DNA of 64,000 bases from an uncultured Opitutales bacterium (GTDB lineage Bacteria > Myxococcota_A > UBA9160 > SMWR01): NCBI GenBank assembly GCA_964194865.1, contig CAXMOC010000255.1:3090-67089 (forward strand). The letters run 5' to 3'. Shown in pieces: positions 8,726 to 17,572 of this stretch. The notes beneath the pieces are model-generated. The model was not told where the DNA came from and ran no database searches. It saw only the letters and a list, made by a program, of their open reading frames with translations. Made by a program: the position numbers and the translations under genes. Position 1 is the first letter of the stretch; each line of letters opens with the position of its first letter.

Positions 8726-11005
8726 ATGCCGGCCATCGAGACCACGGTGGCGCTCGTTCGCGCCGCCTACGACCAACTCGATCGCAACGTCCAGGTCGCC
8801 AGGCGCCGTTTGGGTCGCCCCCTTACCTACGCCGAGAAAGTCTTCCTCGGCCATCTGGACGACCCCGAGAACGAAGAGTTGGATGCGGGCAAGAGCTACG
8901 TCGCCACGCGACCAGACCGCGTTGCCATGCAAGACGCCACTGCCCAGATGGCGCTGCTGCAGTTCATGCTCGCGGGCATGGACACGACGATGGTTCCCAC
9001 CACGGTCCACTGCGATCATCTGATTCAGGCTCGAGTCGGGTCGCAGGGCGACCTGGCTCAGGCGAACGATGTCAATCACGAGGTCTACGAATTCCTGCGC
9101 AGCAGCTCGGCGCGTTACGGGATCGGCTTCTGGGGTCCGGGTGCGGGCATCATCCATCAGGTCGTGCTCGAGAACTACGCGTTTCCCGGCGGCATGATGA
9201 TCGGCACAGATTCCCACACCCCCAACGCCGGCGGTCTCGGCATGTTCGCCTGCGGGGTCGGCGGAGCCGATGCGGTGGATGTGATGGCCGGCCTTCCGTG
9301 GGAGGTTCTCCTGCCCAAGACCGTGGGCGTTCATCTGAATGGCCAGCTGTCGGGGTGGAGCTCACCCAAGGATGTCATCCTCAAGGTCTGCGAGAGATTG
9401 ACGGTCAAGGGCGGGACCAACCGGGTGATCGAGTACTTCGGTCCCGGCACTGCGTCGATCAGCTGCACCGGCAAGGGAACGATCACGAACATGGGCGCCG
9501 AACTCGGCGCGACGACCTCGATCTTCCCCTACGACGAGAGGATGGCGACGTACCTGAAGGCGACCGGTCGGGAGGAGCTGGCAGATCTGGCCAACAGCCG
9601 GGCCGAGCTGCTTCGCGCGGATCCCGAGGTGGCGAGCGATCCCAGTGCGTTCTTCGACGAGATTGTCGAGATCGACCTGTCGACGCTGGAGCCGCACATC
9701 GTGGGGCCCCACACTCCGGATCTGGCGAGGCCTGCTTCGCGCATGGCGGCCGACGTGGCGGAGCACGGCTATCCGGATTCACTCGCGGCCGCCCTGATCG
9801 GGAGCTGCACCAACTCGTCCTACGAGGACATCGAGCGGGCCGCCGATCTCGCTCGTCAGGCGGTGCGGCGAGGCGCTCGGGCGAAGTCGGCGCTCTGGGT
9901 GACGCCCGGCTCGGAGCAGGTCCACCTCACGATCCAGCGCGATGGTCAACTTGCAGACCTCGAGGCCATCGGTGCGACAGTCCTGGCCAACGCGTGCGGC
10001 CCCTGCATCGGCCAATGGAAGCGCGACGACATCGCGGAGGGTGAGTCGAACTCGATTCTCACCTCCTACAACCGCAATTTCCGTCGCCGCAATGACGGCA
10101 ACGCGGAGACGCTCTCGTTCATTGCGAGCCCCGAGGTGGTGATTGCCTACGCGCTCGCGGGGCGACTTTCGTTCAACCCGCTCGAAGACGAGATCGAGGC
10201 AGGGGATGGGTCTCGCTTCGTACTCGACCCGCCGGCCCCCGCACCCGAGGTACCGAGCCGAGGATTCGTCGCGAGCAACGCGGGGTACCAGGAGCCCCCG
10301 GAGGATCGAACCGGTGTCGATGTGGTCGTCCCGGAGGGCAGCGAACGGCTGCAGCGGCTCGACCCCTTCGAGCCCTGGAGCGGCAGCGATTACACGAAGC
10401 TCCCCTTGCTGCTCAAGGCAAAGGGCAAGTGCACCACGGACCACATCTCGCCGGCCGGCGTCTGGCTTCGCTTCCGGGGCCATCTGGACAACATCAGCGA
10501 CAACATGTTCACGGGAGTCGCCAACGCGTTTACCCCCGAGCCGGGGACGGGCCTCGATCTGCTGTCGGGACAGCGGGGCGTCGCGCTGGCCACCATCGCG
10601 CGGCACTACCGAGCGGAAGGCGAGTCGTGGGTCGTGGTTGGAGACGCGAATTACGGCGAGGGCTCCAGCCGCGAGCACGCCGCCATGTCTCCTCGTCTGC
10701 TGGGGTGCGCGGCGGTGATCGTTCGGAGCATCGCTCGAATCCACGAGTCGAACCTCAAGAAGCAGGGTGTGCTGGTCCTGGCCTTCGCGAACCCCGAGGA
10801 CTATGAGAAGGCTCTCGAGACCGACCGGGTGAGCATTCTCGGCTTGGCAGAGCTGGCTCCAGGCCGGGCCGTCCGCGCGGTCTTCCACCACCAGGATGGA
10901 TCCGAAGATTCTGTCGAGACTCGCCATACCATGAACGAGGAGCAGATCGCCTGGTTCCGGGCCGGCTCCGCTCTCAATTTGCTGCGAACCGAACGCCAAA
11001 CCTGA
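8726..11005 (+). CDS. acnA: aconitate hydratase (about 760 aa, mitochondrial-type length)
   Basis: DRVAMQDATAQMA, IGTDSHTPNAGGLG, Fe-S cysteines in GSCTNSSYED and NACGPCIGQW, swivel domain GDANYGEGSSREHAA. SD AGGAGG at 8715-8720 precedes the ATG at 8726. The upstream part of the 829-aa track ORF overlaps the M20 gene and is discounted. Confidence 0.9.
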   Translation: MPAIETTVALVRAAYDQLDRNVQVARRRLGRPLTYAEKVFLGHLDDPENEELDAGKSYVATRPDRVAMQDATAQMALLQFMLAGMDTTMVPTTVHCDHLIQARVGSQGDLAQANDVNHEVYEFLRSSSARYGIGFWGPGAGIIHQVVLENYAFPGGMMIGTDSHTPNAGGLGMFACGVGGADAVDVMAGLPWEVLLPKTVGVHLNGQLSGWSSPKDVILKVCERLTVKGGTNRVIEYFGPGTASISCTGKGTITNMGAELGATTSIFPYDERMATYLKATGREELADLANSRAELLRADPEVASDPSAFFDEIVEIDLSTLEPHIVGPHTPDLARPASRMAADVAEHGYPDSLAAALIGSCTNSSYEDIERAADLARQAVRRGARAKSALWVTPGSEQVHLTIQRDGQLADLEAIGATVLANACGPCIGQWKRDDIAEGESNSILTSYNRNFRRRNDGNAETLSFIASPEVVIAYALAGRLSFNPLEDEIEAGDGSRFVLDPPAPAPEVPSRGFVASNAGYQEPPEDRTGVDVVVPEGSERLQRLDPFEPWSGSDYTKLPLLLKAKGKCTTDHISPAGVWLRFRGHLDNISDNMFTGVANAFTPEPGTGLDLLSGQRGVALATIARHYRAEGESWVVVGDANYGEGSSREHAAMSPRLLGCAAVIVRSIARIHESNLKKQGVLVLAFANPEDYEKALETDRVSILGLAELAPGRAVRAVFHHQDGSEDSVETRHTMNEEQIAWFRAGSALNLLRTERQT

Positions 11006-11027
11006 TCCAACCATTGCACGGATTCCG

Positions 11028-12062
11028 GTGGCGACCGTTCCGAATCCCTTCGGAATTGGCGCTAGGCGGATTTCCCGTTCTGGCCCCAGTGATTGCCAGC
11101 CGAGGCGTGCCCCCGTGTCCTACTGTTCCCGCGTGCCTCGAACGCTCGTCATCGCCAATCCCAAGAGCGGCAAGATCACCCCGCGCGGCTGGAAGCTGGT
11201 GGAAGACAAGCTTCGCGACGCTCTCGGTCCGATCGACGTCGCACTCACCCGCGCCCCGAGAGACGCAGAGCGAATCGCCCGAGAGGGTGTGCGCGCTGGA
11301 ATCGAAAGGCTCGTCGTCGCTGGGGGGGATGGAACACTGAGCGAGGTGGCCAGTGGTCTGTTGTCGGCAGAGCTCGGCGGCTACGCGGCTATTGGAATCT
11401 TGCCCCTCGGCACCGGCAGCGACTTCTTTCGGACGCTGGGCGGGCCGAAACAGATCGATCGGGCCATCGAACAACTCGCCGAAGGAAAGGCGCGCGGGAT
11501 CGACGCCGGCCGGGTGACCTTTCGAGATGTCCGGGGGAAACCCGCGACGAGCTACTTCGCGAACGTCGCGAGCCTGGGGCTGAGCGGTCTCGTCGACCAG
11601 CTGGTGAACCGAAGCGCGGGCGTCAAACTGCTGGGCGGTCGCGTGTCGTTCCTGATCGGAACCCTCAGCGCGCTGGTTCGCTACCGGGCCGAACCCGTGT
11701 CCCTCTTTCTCGACGAAGAGCCCGTATTCGAGGGGCGAGTGGCACTCGCGGCGGTCGCGAACGGGCAGTTCTTCGGTGGCGGCATGCGGGTTGCGCCGAG
11801 CGCTCGCCCCGACGATGGACAGCTCGATCTCGTCATCGTTCCAGACTCGCCCAAGCTTCGCCTGCTCGGCAGGCTGCCCCGGCTTTATCGGGGCACCCAC
11901 GTCCAGTTTTCAGACACACTGGAATGTCGTGGCCGTCTGATCGAGGCGCGCGCTGCCGAGGGCAGAGTACCGCTCGACGTGGACGGAGAACCTCTGGGGA
12001 GTCTGCCGGCAAGCTTCGAGGTTCTACCCAACGCCCTCACCCTCTTTGGCTGCAGCGCATGA
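11028..12062 (+). CDS. diacylglycerol-kinase-family lipid kinase (YegS/BmrU-like)
   Basis: TLVIANPKSGK, LVVAGGDGTLSEV, ILPLGTGSDFFR, and the C-terminal beta-sandwich part DVDGEPLG. The true start is probably the in-frame GTG at 11115 or 11133. The stop overlaps the next ATG (ATGA at 12059-12062). Confidence 0.75.
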   Translation: MATVPNPFGIGARRISRSGPSDCQPRRAPVSYCSRVPRTLVIANPKSGKITPRGWKLVEDKLRDALGPIDVALTRAPRDAERIAREGVRAGIERLVVAGGDGTLSEVASGLLSAELGGYAAIGILPLGTGSDFFRTLGGPKQIDRAIEQLAEGKARGIDAGRVTFRDVRGKPATSYFANVASLGLSGLVDQLVNRSAGVKLLGGRVSFLIGTLSALVRYRAEPVSLFLDEEPVFEGRVALAAVANGQFFGGGMRVAPSARPDDGQLDLVIVPDSPKLRLLGRLPRLYRGTHVQFSDTLECRGRLIEARAAEGRVPLDVDGEPLGSLPASFEVLPNALTLFGCSA

Positions 12063-13018
12063 GTGAGGATTTTTTTGGCCGGATCCGCTCGGCGTCCGCC
12101 CGCGTCATGGAGAGCGCCCGAGTGGTTCGGATCGACCCGGTGGCTCTAGCAGAGCTCGCAGACGAGCTCCCGACCAAACAAGCGCCGCAGCTTAGCCCCG
12201 CGCACCACTACATAGGGGAGCCCGACGACACCTTGGCTTTCATTCTCACCCTGGATGCGATCAACTTCGGCTCGGGATATTTCCCCTACCTGAACAAGCG
12301 GCCGGGCCTCTCGGGTTATTTCACGGTGGCCGCCTCGCTAAGGGAACGCTGGGAGTCCCAGGGCCCTTTCGGAGCCGACGAGCTCTCGGCTCTCTCGGCC
12401 GCAGATTGCGCGCAACTGATTCAGCAGGATCCGAGCGTTCCCGAGGTTGTGGAGCTGATGTCGCTCTTCGCGCGGGCGCTCAACGATCTGGGTGAATTTC
12501 TTCTTACACACTTCGATGGAGACCCAACCGGCCCGGTCGTTGCAGCCAATCAGTCCGCTGGTCGTCTCGCAGAGATCCTGATCCAGATGCCTCTCTACCG
12601 CGACGTCTCTCGTTACGGCGATTTCGAGGTTCCCTTCTACAAGCGCGCCCAGCTTACAGCTGCCGATCTCGCGGCAGCCTTCGACGGCAAGGGGTACGGA
12701 GCCTTTCTGGACCTCGATCAGCTCACGATCTTCGCGGATAACCTCGTTCCGCACGTGTTGAGACGCGAGGGAGTGCTCGTCTACGACGCCGAGCTCGCCT
12801 CGCGTATCGACGCCGGTGAGTTGCTGCTGGCCGGGTCGCCGGAAGAAGTGGAGATCCGCGCCGGAGCCGTTCACGCCGTTGAGCGGTCCGTGGCCAGGCT
12901 GCGCGAAGCAGGCGTAGACACGACCGCGCACCAGCTCGACTACGTGTTGTGGAACCGCGGGCAGCTGCCGGAAATGAAGGCGCATCCGCGGCACCGGGCG
13001 CGCACAACCTATTATTGA
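12059..13018 (+). CDS. queuosine-salvage protein Qng1 homologue (DUF2419)
   Basis: Collinear with human QNG1/C9orf64 as I recall it: LDAINFGSGYF, YRDVSRYGDFEVPFYKRAQLTAADL, LTIFADNLVPHVLR, EEVEIRAGAVHAVE, and the terminal LDYVLWNRG...HRARTTYY. Only the last 319 codons of the 641-aa track ORF are real. Confidence 0.85.
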   Translation: MSEDFFGRIRSASARVMESARVVRIDPVALAELADELPTKQAPQLSPAHHYIGEPDDTLAFILTLDAINFGSGYFPYLNKRPGLSGYFTVAASLRERWESQGPFGADELSALSAADCAQLIQQDPSVPEVVELMSLFARALNDLGEFLLTHFDGDPTGPVVAANQSAGRLAEILIQMPLYRDVSRYGDFEVPFYKRAQLTAADLAAAFDGKGYGAFLDLDQLTIFADNLVPHVLRREGVLVYDAELASRIDAGELLLAGSPEEVEIRAGAVHAVERSVARLREAGVDTTAHQLDYVLWNRGQLPEMKAHPRHRARTTYY

Positions 13019-13108
13019 TGTGAGACGGAGCGCGACCAACCCGTCTTGAGTTACGCTACCACGGTTGTTTGAGGGGCCTCGACCCCCCCCCGACCGCGGA
13101 GGAGAACC

Positions 13109-13840
13109 ATGGCTCAGAGTTCGTCAGGTGGTCCGTTGATCGCAGCGGCCGTAATCCTCGGCGGCGCCCTGGTAGGCGCCAGCTTCCTACTCAGCAAGTC
13201 CATCGATCGGGGGACCCAAACGCTCTCGAAGCTCGGTGGCTCGCTCGAGTCCGCTGTCGCTGCTCGAGATGCCGGAAGACCCGCAGCGCCCACGCGAGCA
13301 CGACGTCCGGATCCGAGTAAGGTCTACAACGTCGAGGTGGGCAGCGCGCCGGTTAAGGGACCCAAGTCTGCGGCCGTGACAGTCGTGGAGTGGGCAGACT
13401 TTCAATGACCTTACTGCGCGAGGGTCGGTCCGACCCTCCAGAAGGTCCAGGACAAGTACGGCGAGCAGGTTCGAGTCGTATTCAAGCACCTGCCTCTGTC
13501 CATCCACTCGAAGGCGCAGGCCGCCCACGAGGCCGCCGAGGCGGCCCACCAGCAGGGCAAGTTCTGGGAGATGCACGACAAGATCTTCGAGCACCAGCGA
13601 GAGATGAGCCCGGACAACTACCTGAAGTACGCCGGCGAGCTTGGCTTGGACGTCGACCAGTTCAAGGGCGACCTGAAATCCGCCACCGTCAAGGGGCGCA
13701 TCGACGGCGACAAGAAGTTGGCCAGCTCACTCGGCGTCACGGGAACGCCCGCGTTCTTCATCAATGGTCGATACCTGTCCGGCAATCAACCCTTCCCGGC
13801 GTTCGAGAAGATGATCGACACGGAGCTGGCCAAGAACTAG
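13109..13840 (+). CDS. membrane-anchored DsbA-like thiol:disulfide oxidoreductase, predicted selenoprotein (TGA 13406-13408 read as Sec, motif U-P-Y-C)
   Basis: Track ORFs 13109-13408 and 13571-13840 are in the same frame, and the TGA is the only stop between them. Read-through gives a complete DsbA/thioredoxin fold: VTVVEWADFQ-[TGA]-PYCARVGPTLQKV...VFKHLPL...GKFWEMHDKIF...GVTGTPAFFINGRYLSG. SD GGAGGAG lies before the ATG at 13109, and there is an N-terminal TM helix. Confidence 0.7.
13420..13438 (+). promoter_or_regulatory. candidate bacterial SECIS hairpin
   Basis: GAGGGTC-GGTCC-GACCCTC forms a perfect 7-bp (up to 9-bp) stem starting 11 nt after the TGA. The apical loop begins GGU, as in the E. 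coli fdhF SECIS loop. Confidence 0.55.
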
Positions 13841-13845
13841 GCGCG

Positions 13846-15117
13846 TCAGCGAGGGTCGGGCTCGGGCGTCGCGGCCTTTGTGAGCGTGCTGATTGCGTCC
13901 GCTATCTCCAGGATCCTCGTCTTCGACAGGTGCCCGGTTCGCAGCTCTCGAAGCGCCGCCTCTCGGACCGGCACCCGATCCAGGTTCGCCGGCAGCTCCA
14001 CCAAAAGCGCAGAGATGCGCTCGCCGATTCGCAACAGCCCGGGCCGGAGTTCCGTCTCCAGGTCGGGCGTGTGCTCGGGGGCCTCGAACTCCGGATCGCG
14101 GATCGACTTCCACTGCACCTCCTTTGCCGCCTCCAGCAGGGCGCGAAACAGCTGCAGAACCGCGGCCTCCGGGGGCGGGCTGGCGTCCGCGCGCTCGGCG
14201 GCCTCGGTCGCAGCATCCACGGCCGCGTCTAGCACGATCGCCTCTCGCTCGGGCACCTCCAGCGGCAGCCCGGCGCGGCGTTTTGCAACTCCGACCAGGG
14301 GCATCAGTGACAGCCGCTCGTCGACGGCGGCCAGTAGCGCGATGAGCGGAGCTGCAGCCGGTGCCGACTCCGCAGCGCCGAAGTACTGATCGCGAAACGC
14401 TTGGAGGGTGCCGTCCGCTTCCCTTTCGAGCAGCCAGGCGTCCAGGTCGGCCGCAAGGTCCGGAAGGCCCGCACGCACCAGATAGGCTTTGCGGTCGATC
14501 GTGAATGGCCCGATCAGCCTCACGTCCTGGGTTCCCTTCATCCAACTCTGGGCTTCGAGCGTGTCGGTGACCGCAGCGTCGAGCGTCTCATCCAGCAGCG
14601 CTTCGCGCACGGCGGCGTTGTTGGGGATCGAGATGACGGTTGCATGGGGGAATCGGGCCTGGGCGACCCGTTCCAGGTGACCGCCGGCGTTCACACCGAT
14701 CCGGATCTGTCGTCGATCGAGGTCGTCGAGCTTGGAGAATCGCTCACTCGGCTGTGCCAGAACGACCGCGCCGGTTTCGGCGACGGGCACGGTGAAGCGT
14801 CCAATCGCGCTGCGCTCGGGGCGGATCGTCACTCCGGACATCGCTACGTCGAAACGCTCGGCTCGCAGGCCGGCGATCAGATCCCGCCAGCGAAAGCGAA
14901 CGAATTTGACTTCGAGCCCGCGATCCTCCGCATAGGCTTGGGCGATCGCGATGTCGAAGCCCCCGAAAGCGTCCGGCGCCTGGTCCAACTCGGAGCTGAA
15001 GGGAGCGTAGTCACCACTCGTCCCCACCCGAAACAAGTCGGCGGCCAGGCTCGTGTTTGCCTGAGAGAGCGCGAGGGCGCCGACGAGCAGTAGCAACTTC
15101 CCCCCGCGCAGGTGCAT
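13846..15117 (-). CDS. secreted fusion: family-3 solute-binding/cyclohexadienyl-dehydratase(PheC)-like domain + AroQ-type chorismate mutase domain
   Basis: ATG at 15117 gives the signal peptide MHLRGGKLLLLVGALALSQANTSLA. The SBP_bac_3-like part is VGTSGDYAPFS...GFDIAIAQAYA...FDVAMSGVTI. The C-terminal CM_2-like part is IALLAAVDERLSLMPLVGVAKRRAGLPLEVPEREAIVL...LFRALLEAAKEVQ. The 90 upstream codons of the track ORF are Arg-rich and discounted. Confidence 0.7.
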   Translation of the reverse strand: MHLRGGKLLLLVGALALSQANTSLAADLFRVGTSGDYAPFSSELDQAPDAFGGFDIAIAQAYAEDRGLEVKFVRFRWRDLIAGLRAERFDVAMSGVTIRPERSAIGRFTVPVAETGAVVLAQPSERFSKLDDLDRRQIRIGVNAGGHLERVAQARFPHATVISIPNNAAVREALLDETLDAAVTDTLEAQSWMKGTQDVRLIGPFTIDRKAYLVRAGLPDLAADLDAWLLEREADGTLQAFRDQYFGAAESAPAAAPLIALLAAVDERLSLMPLVGVAKRRAGLPLEVPEREAIVLDAAVDAATEAAERADASPPPEAAVLQLFRALLEAAKEVQWKSIRDPEFEAPEHTPDLETELRPGLLRIGERISALLVELPANLDRVPVREAALRELRTGHLSKTRILEIADAISTLTKAATPEPDPR

Positions 15118-15377
15118 CGGTGCCTCCGATTCGATTCTCGGCCGCTCGCGATCGGTCTTTCGCGCGCTCAGGGTAGCCGAACGCGTTTTGGCGAAGCGCG
15201 GTTTGACCACGCGGTCTGAATCCCTTAACCTCCCGCCTTCGTTGGGTTTCTGGTAGCTCCGCCGGAAGGTGGGAGCCCCCGTTTTCAACAACCCAGTCCA
15301 GCTTTGCCCGGGCCGGTCCGAGCCTCGCCGCCGGAAGGCCCGGTTTGGATGCACGCCCGCATCGAGGGGGGGCCGCC

Positions 15378-15851
15378 ATGCTGTCATTGGAAGAGATCGA
15401 AACGGGATCCCTGGTGACCCACCGCAACACCGGGCTCCGTTACAGCGTTGTCGAAGCCGGTGACGAAGAGATCCTGCTCAGCCCCGAGTCCGACGAGATG
15501 CAGGACCTCGTCGTTCCAGTGAAGCTCTTCCGCGAGGAGTTCGTCTCCAGCGACCGCTACAGCTCGGGCCGGGGGCGATCTCGAAGGAGCAGCCGCGGCC
15601 GCCGCGCGCCCGCTCAGCATGCAGCCCCGACAGGCCCCAAGGTCAAGGGCAAGATCAAGAAGCTGGTTCGCGAGCGCGGCTTCGGATTCGTCCGCGGAGA
15701 CGATGGCCGCGAGGTCTTCTTCCACCGCTCGGGCCTCGGACCCAGCGACTACGACTCCCTCTCAGAGGGCGACATCGTTGAGTACGTGGTCCAGGAGGGC
15801 CCCCGCGGCGCCCGTGCCGAGAACGTCCGCGCCGTTAGCGAAGCGGTATAG
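15378..15851 (+). CDS. cold-shock-domain protein with N-terminal extension and Arg/Ser-rich linker
   Basis: C-terminal CSD: KGKIKKLVRERGFGFVRGDDGREVFFHRS...GDIVEYVVQEGPRGARAENV (RNP1-like GFGFV, RNP2-like VFFH). SD GAGGGGG lies before the ATG at 15378. Confidence 0.75.
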   Translation: MLSLEEIETGSLVTHRNTGLRYSVVEAGDEEILLSPESDEMQDLVVPVKLFREEFVSSDRYSSGRGRSRRSSRGRRAPAQHAAPTGPKVKGKIKKLVRERGFGFVRGDDGREVFFHRSGLGPSDYDSLSEGDIVEYVVQEGPRGARAENVRAVSEAV

Positions 15852-15883
15852 CGCCTCAGCGGTCGGCGCCTCAGGGAGTGTCG

Positions 15884-17527
15884 CTACGCCCCGTATCGGT
15901 GGACGATCGGGAGCCTCCGCCCCGAACCGAACGCCTTGGGAGACGTTCGCAGTACGAGCGGGGACTGGCGGCGCTTGTATTCGTTGCGGTCCAGGCGGGT
16001 GGTGACGTCGCGAACCGTCTGAGCCGTCGCGCCTGGAGGCGGCGCAATGCCGCCGGCGCTGAGCCGACCTTCAATGGCTTGCTCCAGGATCGCATCGAGC
16101 ACCTCGTAGGGCGGAAGGTCGTCACTGTCCAGCTGATCCGGAGCCAGCTCCGCTGACGGGGGTTTGTCGATGCTGTTGGCTGGGATCGTTTCTCCCGCCT
16201 CGTTGACGCGACGCGCCAGGGCGTAGACGTCGCGCTTGTAGACGTCGCCAAGTACGGCAAGCCCTCCCACGGTGTCTCCGTAGAGTGTGCAGTAGCCCAG
16301 ACTCAGCTCGCTCTTGTTGCCGGTGGCGAGCACGAGTCGACCCTCGGCGTTGGAGACGGCCATCAACAGCGCACCTCGGATTCGGGATTGGATGTTCTGC
16401 TGAGCGATGCCGTAGTCCACGCGCTCTCCGAGCAGCGCTCGAAAGGTCTCGAGGTAGGCGTCGTAGATCGGCGTGACGTCGACCCGTCGAACCTCGATGC
16501 CGAGCGTCCGTTGCAGCGCTTCTGCATCCTCCACGCTGTGGTCGGAGGAGAATGGGCCCGGCATCGCGATGCCGAGCACGCGATCGGGCCCCAACGCCTG
16601 AACGGCCAGATAAGCGGTGACAGCTGAGTCGATTCCTCCGGAAACGCCGACGACGGCGCCGGGCGGCAGGCGCTGCTTCCGAAAGTAATCGCGAATTCCG
16701 AGGATCAGCCCCGCCTCGAGTTGTGCGGTCGCGCCGGGCTCGTCGAAGTCCGGTGGGGCTTCCGTCGAATCACGTGGGAACTCCAGGACGTCGAAAGCGG
16801 GCTCGAACAGCGGGAGCGCCCACTGGACCCGCCCTTGGTCGTCGACCGCGAACGAACCACCGTCGAAGATCAATTCGTCGTTTCCTCCGACCTGATTGAC
16901 GAAACAGATCGGCACCCGGTGGCGCCGGGCGAGATCACCAATCATGCACCTTCGCTCGCTCGACTTCCCGACGTGCCAGGGTGAGGCCGATAGATTCAGG
17001 ATCAATGATGCGCCCGCCTGCGCGAGCTCCGCGACGGGGTTCGCGGCGTACCCGATCCGATCCACCCAGGTGTCTTCGCAGACCGTCAGTCCGAGCTCGC
17101 CCTGGCGGTTTGCCAGCGATACCACTGCGCGTTGCGCAGCGGGGGCGAAGTAGCGGCGTTCGTCGAAGACGTCGTAGGTTGGAAGCAGCGTCTTGGCTCT
17201 GACCGCTCGAAGCTCCCCTCCTTCCAGCAGGACCGCGGCGTTGTGCAGCTCCTTGCGTCCAGAATCGGTTCCGGGCATGATCGCGCCCAGCGCGATCGGA
17301 ACGCGTCTCGATGCGGGTAGCAGGGCGTCGAGCTCGCGCAGCTGGTCGCGGACGAAGCCGTCCCGCTCGAGCAGATCCATCGGCGGATAGCCGGAGAGCG
17401 CCATCTCCGGGAGCACGACGAGATCGGCGCGCTCGCTCACTGCCTTGGCGGCGGCTTCCTCGATGAGCTGGCGGTTGCCGGCCAGGTCGCCGACCGTGGT
17501 GTTGACCTGCGCGACAGCGACTCGCAT
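15884..17527 (-). CDS. nadE: glutamine-dependent NAD+ synthetase
   Basis: N-terminal CN-hydrolase domain (MRVAVAQVN..., VLPEMALSGYP, LTVCEDTW) plus the NAD-synthase PP-loop domain (VVGVSGGIDSAV, LATGNKSELSLGYCTLYGD). Confidence 0.9.
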   Translation of the reverse strand: MRVAVAQVNTTVGDLAGNRQLIEEAAAKAVSERADLVVLPEMALSGYPPMDLLERDGFVRDQLRELDALLPASRRVPIALGAIMPGTDSGRKELHNAAVLLEGGELRAVRAKTLLPTYDVFDERRYFAPAAQRAVVSLANRQGELGLTVCEDTWVDRIGYAANPVAELAQAGASLILNLSASPWHVGKSSERRCMIGDLARRHRVPICFVNQVGGNDELIFDGGSFAVDDQGRVQWALPLFEPAFDVLEFPRDSTEAPPDFDEPGATAQLEAGLILGIRDYFRKQRLPPGAVVGVSGGIDSAVTAYLAVQALGPDRVLGIAMPGPFSSDHSVEDAEALQRTLGIEVRRVDVTPIYDAYLETFRALLGERVDYGIAQQNIQSRIRGALLMAVSNAEGRLVLATGNKSELSLGYCTLYGDTVGGLAVLGDVYKRDVYALARRVNEAGETIPANSIDKPPSAELAPDQLDSDDLPPYEVLDAILEQAIEGRLSAGGIAPPPGATAQTVRDVTTRLDRNEYKRRQSPLVLRTSPKAFGSGRRLPIVHRYGA

Positions 17528-17572
17528 CGCTTCAGGATCGGCGGCGGCTTCCGCGCCGTCAAGCGGCCTTGC

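Noticed and set aside
11093-12058. 5' two-thirds of the 641-aa track ORF 11093-13018.
   Set aside because: This part is out of frame with, and fully overlaps, the lipid-kinase gene, and it is Arg-rich nonsense. Only the segment from the ATG at 12059 (the Qng1 homologue) has homology-like signal.
13406-13408. Treating the TGA as a genuine stop, giving a 99-aa N-terminal fragment plus a separate 89-aa ORF, i.e. a pseudogene.
   Set aside because: This was kept as the alternative hypothesis but judged less likely. The stop is TGA specifically and lies exactly at the catalytic Cys position. The 54 codons between the two track ORFs continue the DsbA fold without stops, and a SECIS-like hairpin follows at the expected distance. 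It cannot be excluded without the rest of the genome.
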